Positions 63,868-64,000 of a stretch of 64,000 nucleotides of DNA are shown here, piece after piece (within the stretch, counting starts at the first letter, position 1; the number at the start of each line of letters is the position of its first letter). The DNA lies in the IMG/VR virus record IMGVR_UViG_3300027227_000004; one strand, written 5' to 3'. The translations under genes and the position numbers were made by a program. The DNA comes from an uncultured virus (IMG/VR IMGVR_UViG_3300027227_000004) (Duplodnaviria; Heunggongvirae; Uroviricota; Caudoviricetes). The notes under the pieces were generated by a model. It saw only the letters and a program-made list of their open reading frames with translations, had not been told where the DNA came from and made no database searches.

Positions 63868-64000
63868 ACGTACAAGAAACACTTATGGATGTACTACAAA
63901 CTAATGCTGCGGTAGAGATTATGAATGAGCTGGTCTTGGCTACACTAATTAGTTCTCGTGATACTTGTATTGAGGCACGGGATAAGCTACAAAGAATCCA
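63864..64000 (+). CDS. Partial hypothetical protein (runs off the window)
   Basis: ATGA-coupled, open to the end (MNVQETLMDVLQ...). Confidence 0.55.
   Translation, partial: MNVQETLMDVLQTNAAVEIMNELVLATLISSRDTCIEARDKLQRI

Noticed and set aside
1..64000. Stop-codon reassignment
   Set aside because: Long genes are intact in the standard code, coding density is high and no suppressor tRNA was seen

Overview
The window is essentially a whole lytic tailed-phage genome (siphovirus-type, about 63 kb), with all credible genes on the + strand and no integrase recognised. The host is probably alphaproteobacterial, inferred from DUF1127, the SleB-type hydrolase and class II RNR. Gene order: small accessory genes (1-2.9 kb); terminase; tail fibres/adhesins, PhoH, tail tip and lysis (6.4-24.5 kb); portal, head and tail (24.6-41.1 kb); a terminator-bounded early island (41.4-44.3 kb); a T7-like replication and nucleotide-metabolism block (44.5-62.7 kb); tRNA-Arg(UCU). 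The main finding is an apparent two-polymerase transcription system. A 1498-aa head gene after the portal fuses an N-terminal MuF/SPP1-gp7 head-morphogenesis domain to a T7-type single-subunit RNA polymerase with intact catalytic motifs, making it a candidate capsid-loaded, injected RNAP. A second, free 720-aa T7-type RNAP is also present. Thirteen copies of an SP6/T7-like promoter (consensus about WAWTASCTGACSTTWAA|GAA) serve the replication and structural genes, while the early island carries different repeated motifs. The genome also has several structured non-coding segments (about 2986-3240, 6045-6400, 24459-24582) and four covarying mini-pseudoknots. The two window ends share an exact 112-bp repeat followed by diverged paralogous cassettes. 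All calls come from reading motifs by eye; no database searches were run.
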